64,000 bases of DNA. Source: a virus. Its lineage: Duplodnaviria > Caudoviricetes. Below are positions 39,553 to 49,982 of the stretch, one piece after another; position 1 is the first letter of the stretch; the number at the start of each line of letters is the position of its first letter. The notes under the pieces are model-generated. The model worked only from the letters and a program-made list of their open reading frames with translations. It ran no database searches and was not told the DNA's origin. Both the position numbers and the translations under genes were made by a program. The stretch spans positions 1,650-65,649 of the IMG/VR virus record IMGVR_UViG_3300020420_001018; one strand, 5' to 3'.

Positions 39553-40119
39553 ATGGCAATATTATCATTAAAAAAACACAGCATCTTCCTAAAGTGGTGG
39601 TGGTTCTTTACATTAATTGTAGCACTCACTGTAGTATTAATTGGATTCAATGTACACGAAGACTTATGGTTAAAAGACAAAACAAAATTATCTTTTTTCA
39701 TTCTTTTTATTTTTTATGCAATGACTTTACATTGCGGTTATGAAAGTTGGAAGTTAAGTCAACTTGCAAACGGTGACATAGAAAAATTAGAAAATTTAGA
39801 CACAAGGCATGAGCCAGGTTGGTTTGCATCTGATGTATTACTTACACTTGGATTAATTGGAACAGTGGCAGGGTTTATTTTAATGTTAGCAGGAGCATTC
39901 ACAGGAATTAATATTGCTAACGTATCGTCAGTACAACAAGCATTGGCAAGTATGGCGGTAGGTATGTCAACAGCATTGTACACGACACTTACAGGTTTGA
40001 TAACAAGTACAATTTTGAAAGTTCAATATTTTAGATTGGACCAAGACTTGGAACGTTACAGAACACTACAAGCAGAAAAACTAGTTGAGAGAGTAGTAAC
40101 AGAGCAGAAAGGCAACTAA
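39553..40119 (+). CDS. MotA/TolQ/ExbB proton-channel family protein
   Basis: LGLIGTVAGFI and GMSTALYTTLTGL TM signatures. Confidence 0.85.
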   Translation: MAILSLKKHSIFLKWWWFFTLIVALTVVLIGFNVHEDLWLKDKTKLSFFILFIFYAMTLHCGYESWKLSQLANGDIEKLENLDTRHEPGWFASDVLLTLGLIGTVAGFILMLAGAFTGINIANVSSVQQALASMAVGMSTALYTTLTGLITSTILKVQYFRLDQDLERYRTLQAEKLVERVVTEQKGN

Positions 40120-40120
40120 C

Positions 40121-40792
40121 ATGGCAACGACACGTCATCGAAGTTACGGATCACAAGTTGCGTTTATTGATTTGTTGTTTAATACACTCGTTGGGTTTGT
40201 ATTTCTATTCATAATGGCATTTATATTAATCAATCCAATAGCAAAAAAATCAAACGTAGAAATAGTTGCAGAATATATTGTAAAAATAACATGGCCAACT
40301 GATTCTCCGGACGATATTGATTTATGGATGAGAGATCCACTAGGTAATTACGTAGGATTCAAATCAAAAGATGTTGGATTAATGAGTTTGAATAGAGATG
40401 ATTTAGGTACGTCAAATGATACAGTGTATGATCCTAAAGGAAAACCAATTAAAGTTTTTAGAAATGAAGAAATGGTTACTATCAGAGGAATAGTACCAGG
40501 AGAGTATATAGTAAACGTTCATTATTACAATAAGAAAATAGCAGTAGAAAATAATGGTGAAAAAAATTATGTACCAATGCCAATTCAAGTACAAATTGAA
40601 AAGATAAATCCATACAATGTTGTATTTGCAAGAGAAGTATTTTTAGATCGTAAAGGTCACGAAGTAACAGTTACAAGATTTACAGTAAATGAAGATGGCT
40701 CAGTCACAGATTTTAATACCTTGTCCTATGGAATAGTTGGTAGAGTAGAAAACACTTCTACATCAGGGCAATGGGTACCAGGAGGTTTATAG
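40121..40792 (+). CDS. ExbD/MotB-like partner (TM with conserved Asp) plus YfaP-like periplasmic domain
   Basis: AFIDLLFNTLVGFVFLF; W...DDIDLW..DP, DDLG, E.VTIR...GEY.VNVHYY. Confidence 0.65.
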   Translation: MATTRHRSYGSQVAFIDLLFNTLVGFVFLFIMAFILINPIAKKSNVEIVAEYIVKITWPTDSPDDIDLWMRDPLGNYVGFKSKDVGLMSLNRDDLGTSNDTVYDPKGKPIKVFRNEEMVTIRGIVPGEYIVNVHYYNKKIAVENNGEKNYVPMPIQVQIEKINPYNVVFAREVFLDRKGHEVTVTRFTVNEDGSVTDFNTLSYGIVGRVENTSTSGQWVPGGL

Positions 40793-40793
40793 A

Positions 40794-41366
40794 ATGATAC
40801 AAGGTCACGTATTTTTAGTTTTGTTATTAATGATGATTGGTGCCACAGTATTATGGATCTTCATAGCATCAGCTAACACAAGATGGTTTCTAAAAGCTAC
40901 ACTGACAACATTAATGTTGTTTTCAATATTAAGTGCTTGGATAGGATTAAAAACAATGTATGGATATCCATATCATGCTTGGCCAGACAATGAAAAATAT
41001 ATTATGGTTGGGTCATATGTTGAAGAACCTGAAATAAAACAACCAGATTCTGGAGCAATATATCTTTGGTTAATCGACAACAATAGGAATATAACTGGAA
41101 AATCTTGGATAGATATTATATCAGGTGTAATTAATGGTAGACAACCTCGCGTTTATGTTATACAATATACAAGAGATATGCATGAAGAAATTGACAAGCT
41201 AGAAAAAATGAGACAAGGTAAGCCAATGCCAATTAGTTTGATTAAAAAAGAAGAGGCAGAAGAAAAAATGGAATCACATCTTGGCAACGACACAGAACGT
41301 AGGCAAGAATATATTCCATACATAATGCCAGATGCAGTAGTATTAGAAAAAAATCAACAAGGATAA
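40794..41366 (+). CDS. membrane protein
   Basis: Two N-terminal TM helices; third gene of the ExbBD-like trio. Confidence 0.7.
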   Translation: MIQGHVFLVLLLMMIGATVLWIFIASANTRWFLKATLTTLMLFSILSAWIGLKTMYGYPYHAWPDNEKYIMVGSYVEEPEIKQPDSGAIYLWLIDNNRNITGKSWIDIISGVINGRQPRVYVIQYTRDMHEEIDKLEKMRQGKPMPISLIKKEEAEEKMESHLGNDTERRQEYIPYIMPDAVVLEKNQQG

Positions 41367-41369
41367 AAA

Positions 41370-41681
41370 ATGACAGAACAAGGTAACGCAAACGTACAAG
41401 CTTCAACAAGCACACAAACTACATTAAATGAGCCAGGACAATACCATGTGTACTTGTTAAATGATGATTATACACCTATGGATTTTGTTACTGAAATTCT
41501 TAAAACAATTTTTAGAAAATCACCACAAGATGCTGAAGCTGTTATGCTAAAAATACATGAAGAAGGTAAAGGTATAGCAGGAACATACGCACATGAAATT
41601 GCAGAACAAAAAGCAATTGAAACAACAGCACAAGCAAGGGCACAAGGCCATCCTTTAAATTGTACCATCGAGAAAGCCTAA
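41370..41681 (+). CDS. clpS: N-degron adaptor ClpS
   Basis: YHVYLLNDDYTPMDFV, MLKIHEEGKG, EIAEQK, HPL. Confidence 0.95.
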   Translation: MTEQGNANVQASTSTQTTLNEPGQYHVYLLNDDYTPMDFVTEILKTIFRKSPQDAEAVMLKIHEEGKGIAGTYAHEIAEQKAIETTAQARAQGHPLNCTIEKA

Positions 41682-41684
41682 TAA

Positions 41685-42650
41685 ATGTTTAGATTTTTTA
41701 CAACCAGAAAGTGGTTACTGTGGGCTTGGCTCGGTTCAGCAGTAATTTTATCATCACTTTGGGTACAAGTTAAAATTGACGTAAAAATTAATGAATGGTT
41801 TGGTGTATTTTATGACATGATTCAGAAAGCACTTGCTACTCCTAACGCAATCACACTACAAGAATATTTCCAAAGTTTATTATCTTTTATTACATTAGCA
41901 GGTATATACATTGCGTTGTATGTTGCAATTAGTTTTTTTACTGCACACTTTCTTTTTAGATGGAGAACTGCAATGGTAGAATGGTATCATTCTGTTTATG
42001 ATAAAGCAAGAAAAATTGAAGGTGCATCACAAAGGGTCCAAGAAGATACGATTAAGTTTACAAGGATTATGGAAGGATTAGGTACAAGTTTTATCGAGTC
42101 AGTCATGGTACTCGTACAGTTTGTTCCTATACTACTTGGTTTAAGTATTGGTATACCAATTTTCTTTTTTGGAGAATGGCAATATGGCTTAATTACTGGT
42201 GCATTAGTTTGGACACTTGGTGGTACATTGTTTTTGATTGGGCTAGGCTGGATATTAAGACTAGTTGGAGTTGAATATGACTTACAGAAAAAAGAAGCCG
42301 CATATAGAAAAATTCTTGTTATTGCAGAAGATGATGGAAATGTAAGACCAAAAACGATTGACGAGCTGTTTGCTGATGTTAGATCAATACATTTTTTAAG
42401 TTATATACGTTATCTATATTTTAATGTAGGACGTATGGCATATTTACAAGCAAACGTTTTAAGTGCCTATGTATTTTTAGCACCAGCTATTGTGGCAGGT
42501 GTCGTAACACTTGGAGTCATGCAACAAATAATTAGAGCATTTGGTCGTGTAGAAGGATCAATGCAGTATCTTTTAAAAGCATGGCCAACAATTATTGAAT
42601 TGGCCAGTGTTTACAAACGTCTAAGAGAATTTGAATCTAAGCTAAAATAA
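41685..42650 (+). CDS. sbmA: SbmA/BacA peptide transporter
   Basis: INEW.G.FYD..QKAL, FRWRTAM, IEGASQRVQEDT, EAAYRK.LV..ED, W.TIIEL.SVYKRL..FE. Confidence 0.92.
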   Translation: MFRFFTTRKWLLWAWLGSAVILSSLWVQVKIDVKINEWFGVFYDMIQKALATPNAITLQEYFQSLLSFITLAGIYIALYVAISFFTAHFLFRWRTAMVEWYHSVYDKARKIEGASQRVQEDTIKFTRIMEGLGTSFIESVMVLVQFVPILLGLSIGIPIFFFGEWQYGLITGALVWTLGGTLFLIGLGWILRLVGVEYDLQKKEAAYRKILVIAEDDGNVRPKTIDELFADVRSIHFLSYIRYLYFNVGRMAYLQANVLSAYVFLAPAIVAGVVTLGVMQQIIRAFGRVEGSMQYLLKAWPTIIELASVYKRLREFESKLK

Positions 42651-42654
42651 CAGC

Positions 42655-42682
42655 TTGACAAAATTACAAAAACAACTATAAT
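42655..42682 (+). promoter_or_regulatory. sigma70 promoter
   Basis: TTGACA-16 nt-TATAAT. Confidence 0.7.
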
Positions 42683-42694
42683 ACAGTAATAAAT

Positions 42695-43267
42695 ATGAGT
42701 GAAATGATTATACAAACAGAACCAACACCAAATCCGAACGCATTAAAGTTCTTGCCTAATGTGGAAGTTAGAGGAAATAAAACACCATTGTTTTACAAAA
42801 AAGATCCTCAAAACAATCCAGAAGCAGATGCTCCTGTGGCATACGCATTGTTTAAGATAAATGGAATCCAAGATGTATTTTTTGGATCTGATTTTATTAC
42901 CATAGGTAAAGAAGATACAGTTGAATGGGAATCAATTAAATCAGATATCGTAGAAACTATCAGATATCATAGTCAAGGACCATTTGTAATTGAAGCAGTA
43001 AAACCTGCGTGTGATGAAATTAATTCAGATGCAGGAACTGACAAAATTACTAAAAAGGTTAAACAATTATTAGATGAAAGAGTAAGACCTGCTGTTGCAA
43101 TGGATGGTGGAGATATAATCTTTCATGATTTCAAGGATGGAACAGTATATTTAGAAATGTATGGTGCGTGTTCAGGTTGTCCAAGTTCAACTGCTACTTT
43201 AAAAATGGGTATTGAGAATATGCTAAAACATTACATACCTGAGGTACATACTGTTGAAGCAGTATAA
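42695..43267 (+). CDS. nfuA: Nfu Fe-S carrier (Nfu_N + NifU_C)
   Basis: IQTEPTPNPNALKF, VFFGSDFITI, RVRPAVAMDGGDI, GACSGCPSS. Confidence 0.93.
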   Translation: MSEMIIQTEPTPNPNALKFLPNVEVRGNKTPLFYKKDPQNNPEADAPVAYALFKINGIQDVFFGSDFITIGKEDTVEWESIKSDIVETIRYHSQGPFVIEAVKPACDEINSDAGTDKITKKVKQLLDERVRPAVAMDGGDIIFHDFKDGTVYLEMYGACSGCPSSTATLKMGIENMLKHYIPEVHTVEAV

Positions 43268-43947
43268 TGAAAACAAATCAAGATATTGATTTCATCTATA
43301 AAAAATTAAGCAATTACTGGCCGAAATATTCTAGCAGGAAACCAGATGCTAAAATTCACAGGAAAGCATACATGAGTTTAATTGGAGTTATGCTATCAGC
43401 ACAAAGTCAAGATGCAAGAACAGCCGTTGCCTGTGATCAATTATTTGCATTAGCAAAGACTCCACAAGACATGATAAAACTTACACAAGAACAAATCATA
43501 GAAGCAATTAAACCAGCAGGATTATATAATGCTAAATCAAAAAATATTCTTGCAACTAGTAAGAAACTATTAGAGGAGTACGATGGTCGTGTTCCTAACA
43601 CCCCAAAAGAATTAATGAAGTTACCAGGTGTTGGTAAGAAGTCATCTGATATTGTGATGCGTTTTGTTTTTAATGAACCATACATAGCAGTTGATACTCA
43701 CGTTTTTAGATTATTATGGAGATTAGGATGGACTGACACATTAGATGAAGGTAAATCTAGTCACATAGTAAATGATACTACACCTGATAAGTACAAGTAT
43801 GCCGCTCATATGCAGTTGATTACTCATGCTAAAAAAGTATGTAAAAGTAAAAAACCAAAGTGCGACATTTGTGTAATAGATCAAGTTTGTGAAAAAAGAA
43901 ACATAGATGTTCCTAAATCAAAACTTCGATTAGTAGTTAATAAATAA
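43267..43947 (+). CDS. nth: endonuclease III (HhH-GPD, 4Fe-4S)
   Basis: LSAQ..D, LPGVGKK, AVDTHVFR, C-x6-C-x2-C-x5-C. Confidence 0.93.
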   Translation: MKTNQDIDFIYKKLSNYWPKYSSRKPDAKIHRKAYMSLIGVMLSAQSQDARTAVACDQLFALAKTPQDMIKLTQEQIIEAIKPAGLYNAKSKNILATSKKLLEEYDGRVPNTPKELMKLPGVGKKSSDIVMRFVFNEPYIAVDTHVFRLLWRLGWTDTLDEGKSSHIVNDTTPDKYKYAAHMQLITHAKKVCKSKKPKCDICVIDQVCEKRNIDVPKSKLRLVVNK

Positions 43948-43968
43948 CCAATAACAATAGAAAAGATT

Positions 43969-45258
43969 ATGAGTGAAGAAAAAAATTATAAACCAGTAAA
44001 AACAAATAAAGTAGGTGGATCACCATTTAAAGGAGTACTTGGATGGATTGATAATCGATTACCTATTTTTCGTATGTTTAAATATGAATATCTTGATTTC
44101 CAAGTTCCAAGAAGTTTAAATTACTTCTGGAGTTTTGGTGGAATATTAATGGTATGTTTAATACTTTTAATTATAACAGGTTTAACTTTAGGTATGCATT
44201 ACAAACCAGATGCCGTTAAAGCATTTGACTCAGTTGAGCATATTATGAGAGATGTAAATTATGGATGGTTGATGAGATACATGCACATGAATCTTGCGTC
44301 ATTCTTTTTTATAGCAGTTTACCTACATATATTTAGAGCCATGTATTTTGGTTCTTACAAAGAGCCACGGCAAGTTATGTGGCTTATTGGTATTGTAATA
44401 TTTTTCTTAATGGTAGCAACTGCATTTTTAGGTTACACTTTGCCATGGGGACAAATGAGTCTATGGGGTGCTACTGTTATTACAAGTTTGTTTACAGCCA
44501 TACCTTTCTTTGGTGAAAGTATAGTACAATGGTTATGGGGTGGATTTGGTGTCGATGATCCAACTATCAATAGATTCTATGTACTACACTGGTTACTAGC
44601 ATTTGTTATTTTAGGTATAGTGATACTTCATGTTATTGCATTACACATTGTAGGATCAAATAATCCTTCAGGTATTGAACCAAAAGATACTCGAGACACA
44701 GTTTCTTTTTACCCATATACAACTGCTAAAGACATAGTTGGCATGATTGCATTTGCCACAATTTTTGCAGTTATGTTATTTTGGTTACCAAATGCACTTG
44801 GTCATCCAGACAATTACATCAAAGCAGATCCATTAGTAACGCCAGCACACATTGTACCTGAATGGTATTTTTTACCTTTCTACGCAATACTAAGAGCGAT
44901 ACCAGATAAACTTGGTGGAGTTATTGCAATGGTAAGTGCCATTGCCGTATTAGGATTGCTTCCTTGGTTGGATAGGAGCAAAGTAAGAAGTTGTGTATTT
45001 AGACCCTTACATAGACAATGGTTTATAATTTTTGTTTTTGATTTCTTTTTATTAATGTGGGTAGGTGCTATGCCGGCTGAAGGTATTTACATCACACTTG
45101 GTCAAATTGGAACTGGATATTGGTTTGCATATTTCTTTATAATTGTACCATTAAACAGTGTACTGGAAAAACCCCAACCAATGCCAAATTCTATTCATGA
45201 ATACATACAATGGAAGAAAGAAGGAAAACTAGGATCAGTCTTTCCTTGGATGAAATAA
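43969..45258 (+). CDS. petB: cytochrome b of the bc1 complex
   Basis: Four heme His ligands (RYMH...YLH; VLH...ILH), LPWGQMS.WGATVIT, PEWY. Confidence 0.96.
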   Translation: MSEEKNYKPVKTNKVGGSPFKGVLGWIDNRLPIFRMFKYEYLDFQVPRSLNYFWSFGGILMVCLILLIITGLTLGMHYKPDAVKAFDSVEHIMRDVNYGWLMRYMHMNLASFFFIAVYLHIFRAMYFGSYKEPRQVMWLIGIVIFFLMVATAFLGYTLPWGQMSLWGATVITSLFTAIPFFGESIVQWLWGGFGVDDPTINRFYVLHWLLAFVILGIVILHVIALHIVGSNNPSGIEPKDTRDTVSFYPYTTAKDIVGMIAFATIFAVMLFWLPNALGHPDNYIKADPLVTPAHIVPEWYFLPFYAILRAIPDKLGGVIAMVSAIAVLGLLPWLDRSKVRSCVFRPLHRQWFIIFVFDFFLLMWVGAMPAEGIYITLGQIGTGYWFAYFFIIVPLNSVLEKPQPMPNSIHEYIQWKKEGKLGSVFPWMK

Positions 45259-45360
45259 ATGAAAACATTTAAAAAGTTATTCTATCGTTGGCTACAACAT
45301 TATGCTTTTATTGAAATAAGTTTAATTGCAATATTGTTGTTAGTTTGGAGACTAGCATGA
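45259..45360 (+). CDS. 33-aa single-TM peptide (not in ORF track)
   Basis: MKTFKKLFYRWLQHYAFIEISLIAILLLVWRLA; abuts the petB stop; ATGA overlap with next gene. Confidence 0.5.
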   Translation: MKTFKKLFYRWLQHYAFIEISLIAILLLVWRLA

Positions 45361-45713
45361 ATCAATATAAATCTTGGAATCATGATGGAAAAGAAGTCAG
45401 AGATAATTTAGATATAAAAGAAGAAATAATTAACAATCTTAAAAAATGTTTTGATCCAGAAATTTCGGTCAACATTTATGATCTTGGATTAATTTATAAT
45501 ATCGATCTAACAGAATTACCAAAAGCATCAATAACACATACACTAACATCAGCATTTTGTCCAGCGGCAGATCAAATTGTGGCCGATATAAAAAATGCGG
45601 CCGAATCAGTAGATGGGGTTGATTCCTGTTTTATTGAAACCACATTTGATCCTCCTTTTGGACCAGAAATGATGTCAGAAGAGGCAAAATTAGCTCTTGG
45701 CATTTTTGAATAA
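45357..45713 (+). CDS. SufT/DUF59 Fe-S assembly protein
   Basis: DPEISVNIYDLGLIY, TLTSAFCP, FDPP....MSEEAKLALG. Confidence 0.9.
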   Translation: MNQYKSWNHDGKEVRDNLDIKEEIINNLKKCFDPEISVNIYDLGLIYNIDLTELPKASITHTLTSAFCPAADQIVADIKNAAESVDGVDSCFIETTFDPPFGPEMMSEEAKLALGIFE

Positions 45714-45799
45714 ATAGTGTATAATAAGACATTGGCGTAAGCACTTTAAAGGTTTACAAGTCCGGTGTAGTAAGCAGAGTATTACATAGGAGAAAAACA

Positions 45800-46018
45800 A
45801 TGGCAGGACTATACAATAGAGAGAACATGATAGAAGCAATTAAAGAACATGCACGTGGACACATTGCTAAACATTCAATGAACGTTGAAGTGTATCTTTC
45901 AAATTCAGCAGGTGTTGGCGAACATCCAGACATCTTAGAAGCAGTAGAAAAAGAACTTGAAATTATTGCAAAGTATCATGATCAAATAGAAGTGTTAGAA
46001 AAATATTTTAAGACTTAA
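45800..46018 (+). CDS. small hypothetical protein
   Basis: 72 aa, GVGEHPDI motif, AGGAG RBS. Confidence 0.75.
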   Translation: MAGLYNRENMIEAIKEHARGHIAKHSMNVEVYLSNSAGVGEHPDILEAVEKELEIIAKYHDQIEVLEKYFKT

Positions 46019-46021
46019 TTT

Positions 46022-47518
46022 ATGAATGTAAAAAATATATTAGAAGATATAGGTGTAGATAAAAACTTATACACAGTACCAAATGGTGAATCAGTGGTAT
46101 CCCCAATTGATGCCACTGAGATTGCTACAGTAAAATTTAATACTAGACAAGAGTACGAAGCAAAAGTACTTAATGTTAAACAAGCACAAATAGATTGGCG
46201 AACAATACCTGCACCACAACGTGGTGAAGTAATTAGATTGTTTGGAGAAGAACTTCGTAATTATAAAGAACATCTTGGAAAATTAGTTACTATTGAAAAT
46301 GGTAAAATTTATCAAGAAGGATTAGGTGAAGTTCAAGAAATGATTGACATCTGTGATTTTGCAGTTGGGTTATCAAGGCAGTTATATGGATTAACAATGC
46401 CTAGTGAAAGACCTGGACACCGTATGCAAGAAATGTGGAATCCATTAGGAGTAGTTGGTGTTGTTTCAGCATTTAATTTTCCTGTGGCAGTATGGAGTTG
46501 GAACTTTGCTATAGCAACAGTTTGTGGTAATACAACAATTTGGAAACCATCTCCTAAAACACCTTTAGTATCTTATGCTTGTGAGGCAATATTTAAAAAG
46601 GCAGTAGAACGTTCTGGTATACCACAGGCACAAAATATATTAGAAGTTGTAGTAGGTGCCAATGAACATGCAGAATGGTTAGCAGATGATAAACATATTA
46701 ATCTTGTAAGTTTAACAGGTTCAACTGCAATGGGCCAAGCATTAGGAAAAAGAGTTACAGAAAGATTTGGTCGAGTGTTAATGGAACTTGGTGGTAATAA
46801 TGCAATGATAGTTACTCCAAATGCAGATATGAAGTTAGCAATCAGAGCCATATTGTTTAGTGCTGTAGGTACAGCAGGACAAAGATGCACAACATTACGT
46901 AGAGTTATTGTGCATAGTTCATTACATGAACAATTAGTAAGAATGCTTAAAAAATATTATGCTAAAATTACAGTTGGTGATCCTTTAGATCCAAATGTTT
47001 TAGTAGGTCCACTTGTAAGTGAACAGGCATATGAAAATATGAAAGACACTATGTCACAGTGTGAACAACAAGGAATTGGAACAGTAACAGGTGGAACAAG
47101 ATTAGAACGTGATGGAGTATATGTAACACCAGCAATAGTTGAATTATCTAAAGCAGAAGAAATTACAAAAACAGAAACATTTGCACCTTTGCTTTACATC
47201 ATGCCTTATGATGAACTAGCAGAAGCAATAGCAATTAATAATAATGTTCCACAAGGTTTAAGCAGTTGTATCTTTACAAAAGATTTACAAGAAGCTGAAT
47301 TGTTTATTGGAGCAAATGGTTCTGATTGTGGTATTGTAAATGTTAATATTGGTCCTAGTGGGGCTGAAATTGGCGGCGCCTTTGGTGGTGAAAAACACAC
47401 AGGCGGTGGAAGAGAAAGTGGTTCAGATGCATGGAAACAATACATGCGTAGAAGCACGGTAACTGTAAACTACTCAACAGACTTGCCATTGGCACAAGGA
47501 GTTGAATTTAATGTCTAA
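46022..47518 (+). CDS. aldehyde dehydrogenase, ALDH7/piperideine-6-carboxylate dehydrogenase family
   Basis: [60 protein letters not shown]. Confidence 0.93.
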   Translation: MNVKNILEDIGVDKNLYTVPNGESVVSPIDATEIATVKFNTRQEYEAKVLNVKQAQIDWRTIPAPQRGEVIRLFGEELRNYKEHLGKLVTIENGKIYQEGLGEVQEMIDICDFAVGLSRQLYGLTMPSERPGHRMQEMWNPLGVVGVVSAFNFPVAVWSWNFAIATVCGNTTIWKPSPKTPLVSYACEAIFKKAVERSGIPQAQNILEVVVGANEHAEWLADDKHINLVSLTGSTAMGQALGKRVTERFGRVLMELGGNNAMIVTPNADMKLAIRAILFSAVGTAGQRCTTLRRVIVHSSLHEQLVRMLKKYYAKITVGDPLDPNVLVGPLVSEQAYENMKDTMSQCEQQGIGTVTGGTRLERDGVYVTPAIVELSKAEEITKTETFAPLLYIMPYDELAEAIAINNNVPQGLSSCIFTKDLQEAELFIGANGSDCGIVNVNIGPSGAEIGGAFGGEKHTGGGRESGSDAWKQYMRRSTVTVNYSTDLPLAQGVEFNV

Positions 47519-48110
47519 GGAGATGAATATGAATCTAGTACCAATGGTTGTTGAACAATCGTCAAGAGGTGAAAGAAGTTATGATATTTTTTCACGTTTA
47601 TTAAAAGAAAGAATTATTTTTATAACTGGTCCAATTACTGACGCAACGTCAAGTTTAGTGTGTGCCCAGTTATTGTTTTTAGAATCTGAATCTAAAGACA
47701 AAGATATTTACATGTATATTAATTCGCCAGGCGGATCGGTAACAGCAGGTTTGGCAATGTATGACACTATGCAATATGTTAAGCCAGATATTTCAACAGT
47801 AAGTATTGGTTTATCAGCAAGTGCAGGATCGTTGTTGCTAATGGCAGGTACAGCCGGTAAACGAATATCATTACCAAATTCAAAAATCATGATACACCAA
47901 CCGTCAGCAGGTTTTCAAGGACAAGCAACTGATATTGAAATTCATGCAAAAGATATTTTAGATACAAAGAAAAGATTGAATGATTTGTATGTAAAACATT
48001 GTGGTAAAGATCTTAAAACAGTTGAAGACGCAATGGAACGTGATAATTACATGAATCCAGATCAAGCATTAGAATTTGGCCTAATAGATAAAATTGTTGA
48101 AAGCAGGTAG
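47502..48110 (+). CDS. clpP: ClpP protease (canonical copy; start probably a few codons downstream)
   Basis: [50 protein letters not shown]. Confidence 0.97.
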   Translation: MNLMSKEMNMNLVPMVVEQSSRGERSYDIFSRLLKERIIFITGPITDATSSLVCAQLLFLESESKDKDIYMYINSPGGSVTAGLAMYDTMQYVKPDISTVSIGLSASAGSLLLMAGTAGKRISLPNSKIMIHQPSAGFQGQATDIEIHAKDILDTKKRLNDLYVKHCGKDLKTVEDAMERDNYMNPDQALEFGLIDKIVESR

Positions 48111-48310
48111 TGTACAGATTAGTTGGATATGAAGACCAACATAAGCACGAAAAGTTTTCTCAAGATAAAACAATTGTAAGGACATATATTCCTAATCATG
48201 CAGATGACATTGTTGCTGTAACTGACGAACAGTATGTTGTTTTAAAATTAAGATATCCAGATATTGAAACATTAGGCTTTTATTCATTTCCTCTTGATTA
48301 TTTTGACTAA
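48110..48310 (+). CDS. hypothetical protein
   Basis: 66 aa, GTG start overlapping the clpP stop. Confidence 0.5.
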   Translation: MYRLVGYEDQHKHEKFSQDKTIVRTYIPNHADDIVAVTDEQYVVLKLRYPDIETLGFYSFPLDYFD

Positions 48311-48328
48311 AACAAGTATAATAAACAC

Positions 48329-49066
48329 ATGGCATTAGATATATTTCATTTGAGTTATAAAGAACCCTATGCTGATAAAACATGGGAGTCACTGAAAAGT
48401 AAGTTTCCTTATGCTCGAAGAGTACAAGGAGTAAAAGGAATATTTGAAGCACACAAACGTTGTGCAGAATTGGCTTATACAAAAAGTTTTTATGTAGTTG
48501 ACGCAGACGCTGAACTTGAAGAAAGTTTCGATTTTACATTTAAGCCTAACAAATGGGATGAGCATTGTGTTCATGTTTGGAGATGTAAAAATCCCATAAA
48601 TGATCTAGTGTATGGATATGGCGGAGTTAAATTATTTCCAACTCAAGCATTGCGTGATGCTGAAGATTGGCGTATTGATTTTACAACATCAGTTGCAAAT
48701 AAAGAAGGAAAAAAAGGTGCTTTTAAAGCCATGCCAACGATAAGTAATATTACAGCATTTAATACAGATCCATTTAATACTTTTAAATCTGCATTTAGAG
48801 AATGCACAAAATTAGCAAGTAAAGTTATTGATAAACAAAAAGATGCTGAAACAGAACAACGCCTAAATATATGGTGTAGTGTTGGCAGTGATAGAGGCTT
48901 TGGAGAATATGCAATAGCTGGAGCAATTGCTGGTAGAGAATACGGTGAAGCAAATAAAAACAACATGGAGGCATTAAGCAAGATAAATGACTTTGGATGG
49001 CTCGAACAACAGTTCAATAAAATCCAAATCTCGTCTAGAAACGCACGAACTATTGGACAGATTTGA
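48329..49066 (+). CDS. glycosyltransferase-like protein (DxD)
   Basis: GVKGIFEAH, YVVDADA, GYGGVKLFP, SAFRECTKL. Confidence 0.6.
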   Translation: MALDIFHLSYKEPYADKTWESLKSKFPYARRVQGVKGIFEAHKRCAELAYTKSFYVVDADAELEESFDFTFKPNKWDEHCVHVWRCKNPINDLVYGYGGVKLFPTQALRDAEDWRIDFTTSVANKEGKKGAFKAMPTISNITAFNTDPFNTFKSAFRECTKLASKVIDKQKDAETEQRLNIWCSVGSDRGFGEYAIAGAIAGREYGEANKNNMEALSKINDFGWLEQQFNKIQISSRNARTIGQI

Positions 49067-49982
49067 ATTATTATATGACAATGTAGATGAACTAAAAGAT
49101 CTTAGAAGAGCAGTTATTGATGAAGATCTTTCTAGTGTTTTTAGATTGATAGGTACGAATACAAAATCAAGAAAAGTATTCAACGAACTTCGTAAAGCAG
49201 TTTTAGAAAAAAATATACATGCTATTTTTAGAGTAATACAAGCAATAGATGATAGTGAAAACATAGATTTAATTCGTAACTCAGTTATAAACAAAGGTGA
49301 CGATATTGAAGTTTTAAGAAAAACTTTATCTTTGTTTATCAAAAGTGAAACGTTAGACACACTAGTAAAAACTTTAAGAACATTTCCTGAAAGTGCTATA
49401 AAAGATGCATTTGCTAGAGGACAATTACATAGCAAAAAATGGCTAGTATCAGAAGTTGAAAATATTGGTATGCATTTAGGTACTGTATTTTTATGTGCCG
49501 GCTGGTATGGAACATTAGCCACGATGCTTTTTGAATCTAAAAAAATACATTTAGATAAAATAAGAAGTTTTGATATAGATGAATCATGTTGGAAAATTGC
49601 TGAATCAATTAACAAACCTTGGGTAATGGATGAATGGAAATTTAAAGCAACTACTCAAGACATACATAAAATTAATTTTAATGAACATACATACAAAACT
49701 TTAAGATCAAATGGAACAGAAAGAGAATTATTTGATAAACCAAATACTATTATAAACACATCATGTGAACATATCGAAAATTGGAGCGACTGGTGGGATA
49801 GTATTCCTAAAGGCAAATTATGCATTTTGCAATCAAATGATTATAAAGAATTGCCAGAACATATTAACTGTGTTAATGATGTTGAACATTTTAAGTCAAT
49901 TGCTCCTATGACAACTTATTTGTATGGAGGTGAATTAATTCTTGGTAAGTATACAAGATATATGTTGATAGGAATCAAGTAA
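48987..49982 (+). CDS. class I SAM-dependent methyltransferase-like protein
   Basis: GQLHSKKWL, FLCAGWYG, SFDID, INTSCEH, LQSN. Confidence 0.7.
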   Translation: MTLDGSNNSSIKSKSRLETHELLDRFELLYDNVDELKDLRRAVIDEDLSSVFRLIGTNTKSRKVFNELRKAVLEKNIHAIFRVIQAIDDSENIDLIRNSVINKGDDIEVLRKTLSLFIKSETLDTLVKTLRTFPESAIKDAFARGQLHSKKWLVSEVENIGMHLGTVFLCAGWYGTLATMLFESKKIHLDKIRSFDIDESCWKIAESINKPWVMDEWKFKATTQDIHKINFNEHTYKTLRSNGTERELFDKPNTIINTSCEHIENWSDWWDSIPKGKLCILQSNDYKELPEHINCVNDVEHFKSIAPMTTYLYGGELILGKYTRYMLIGIK

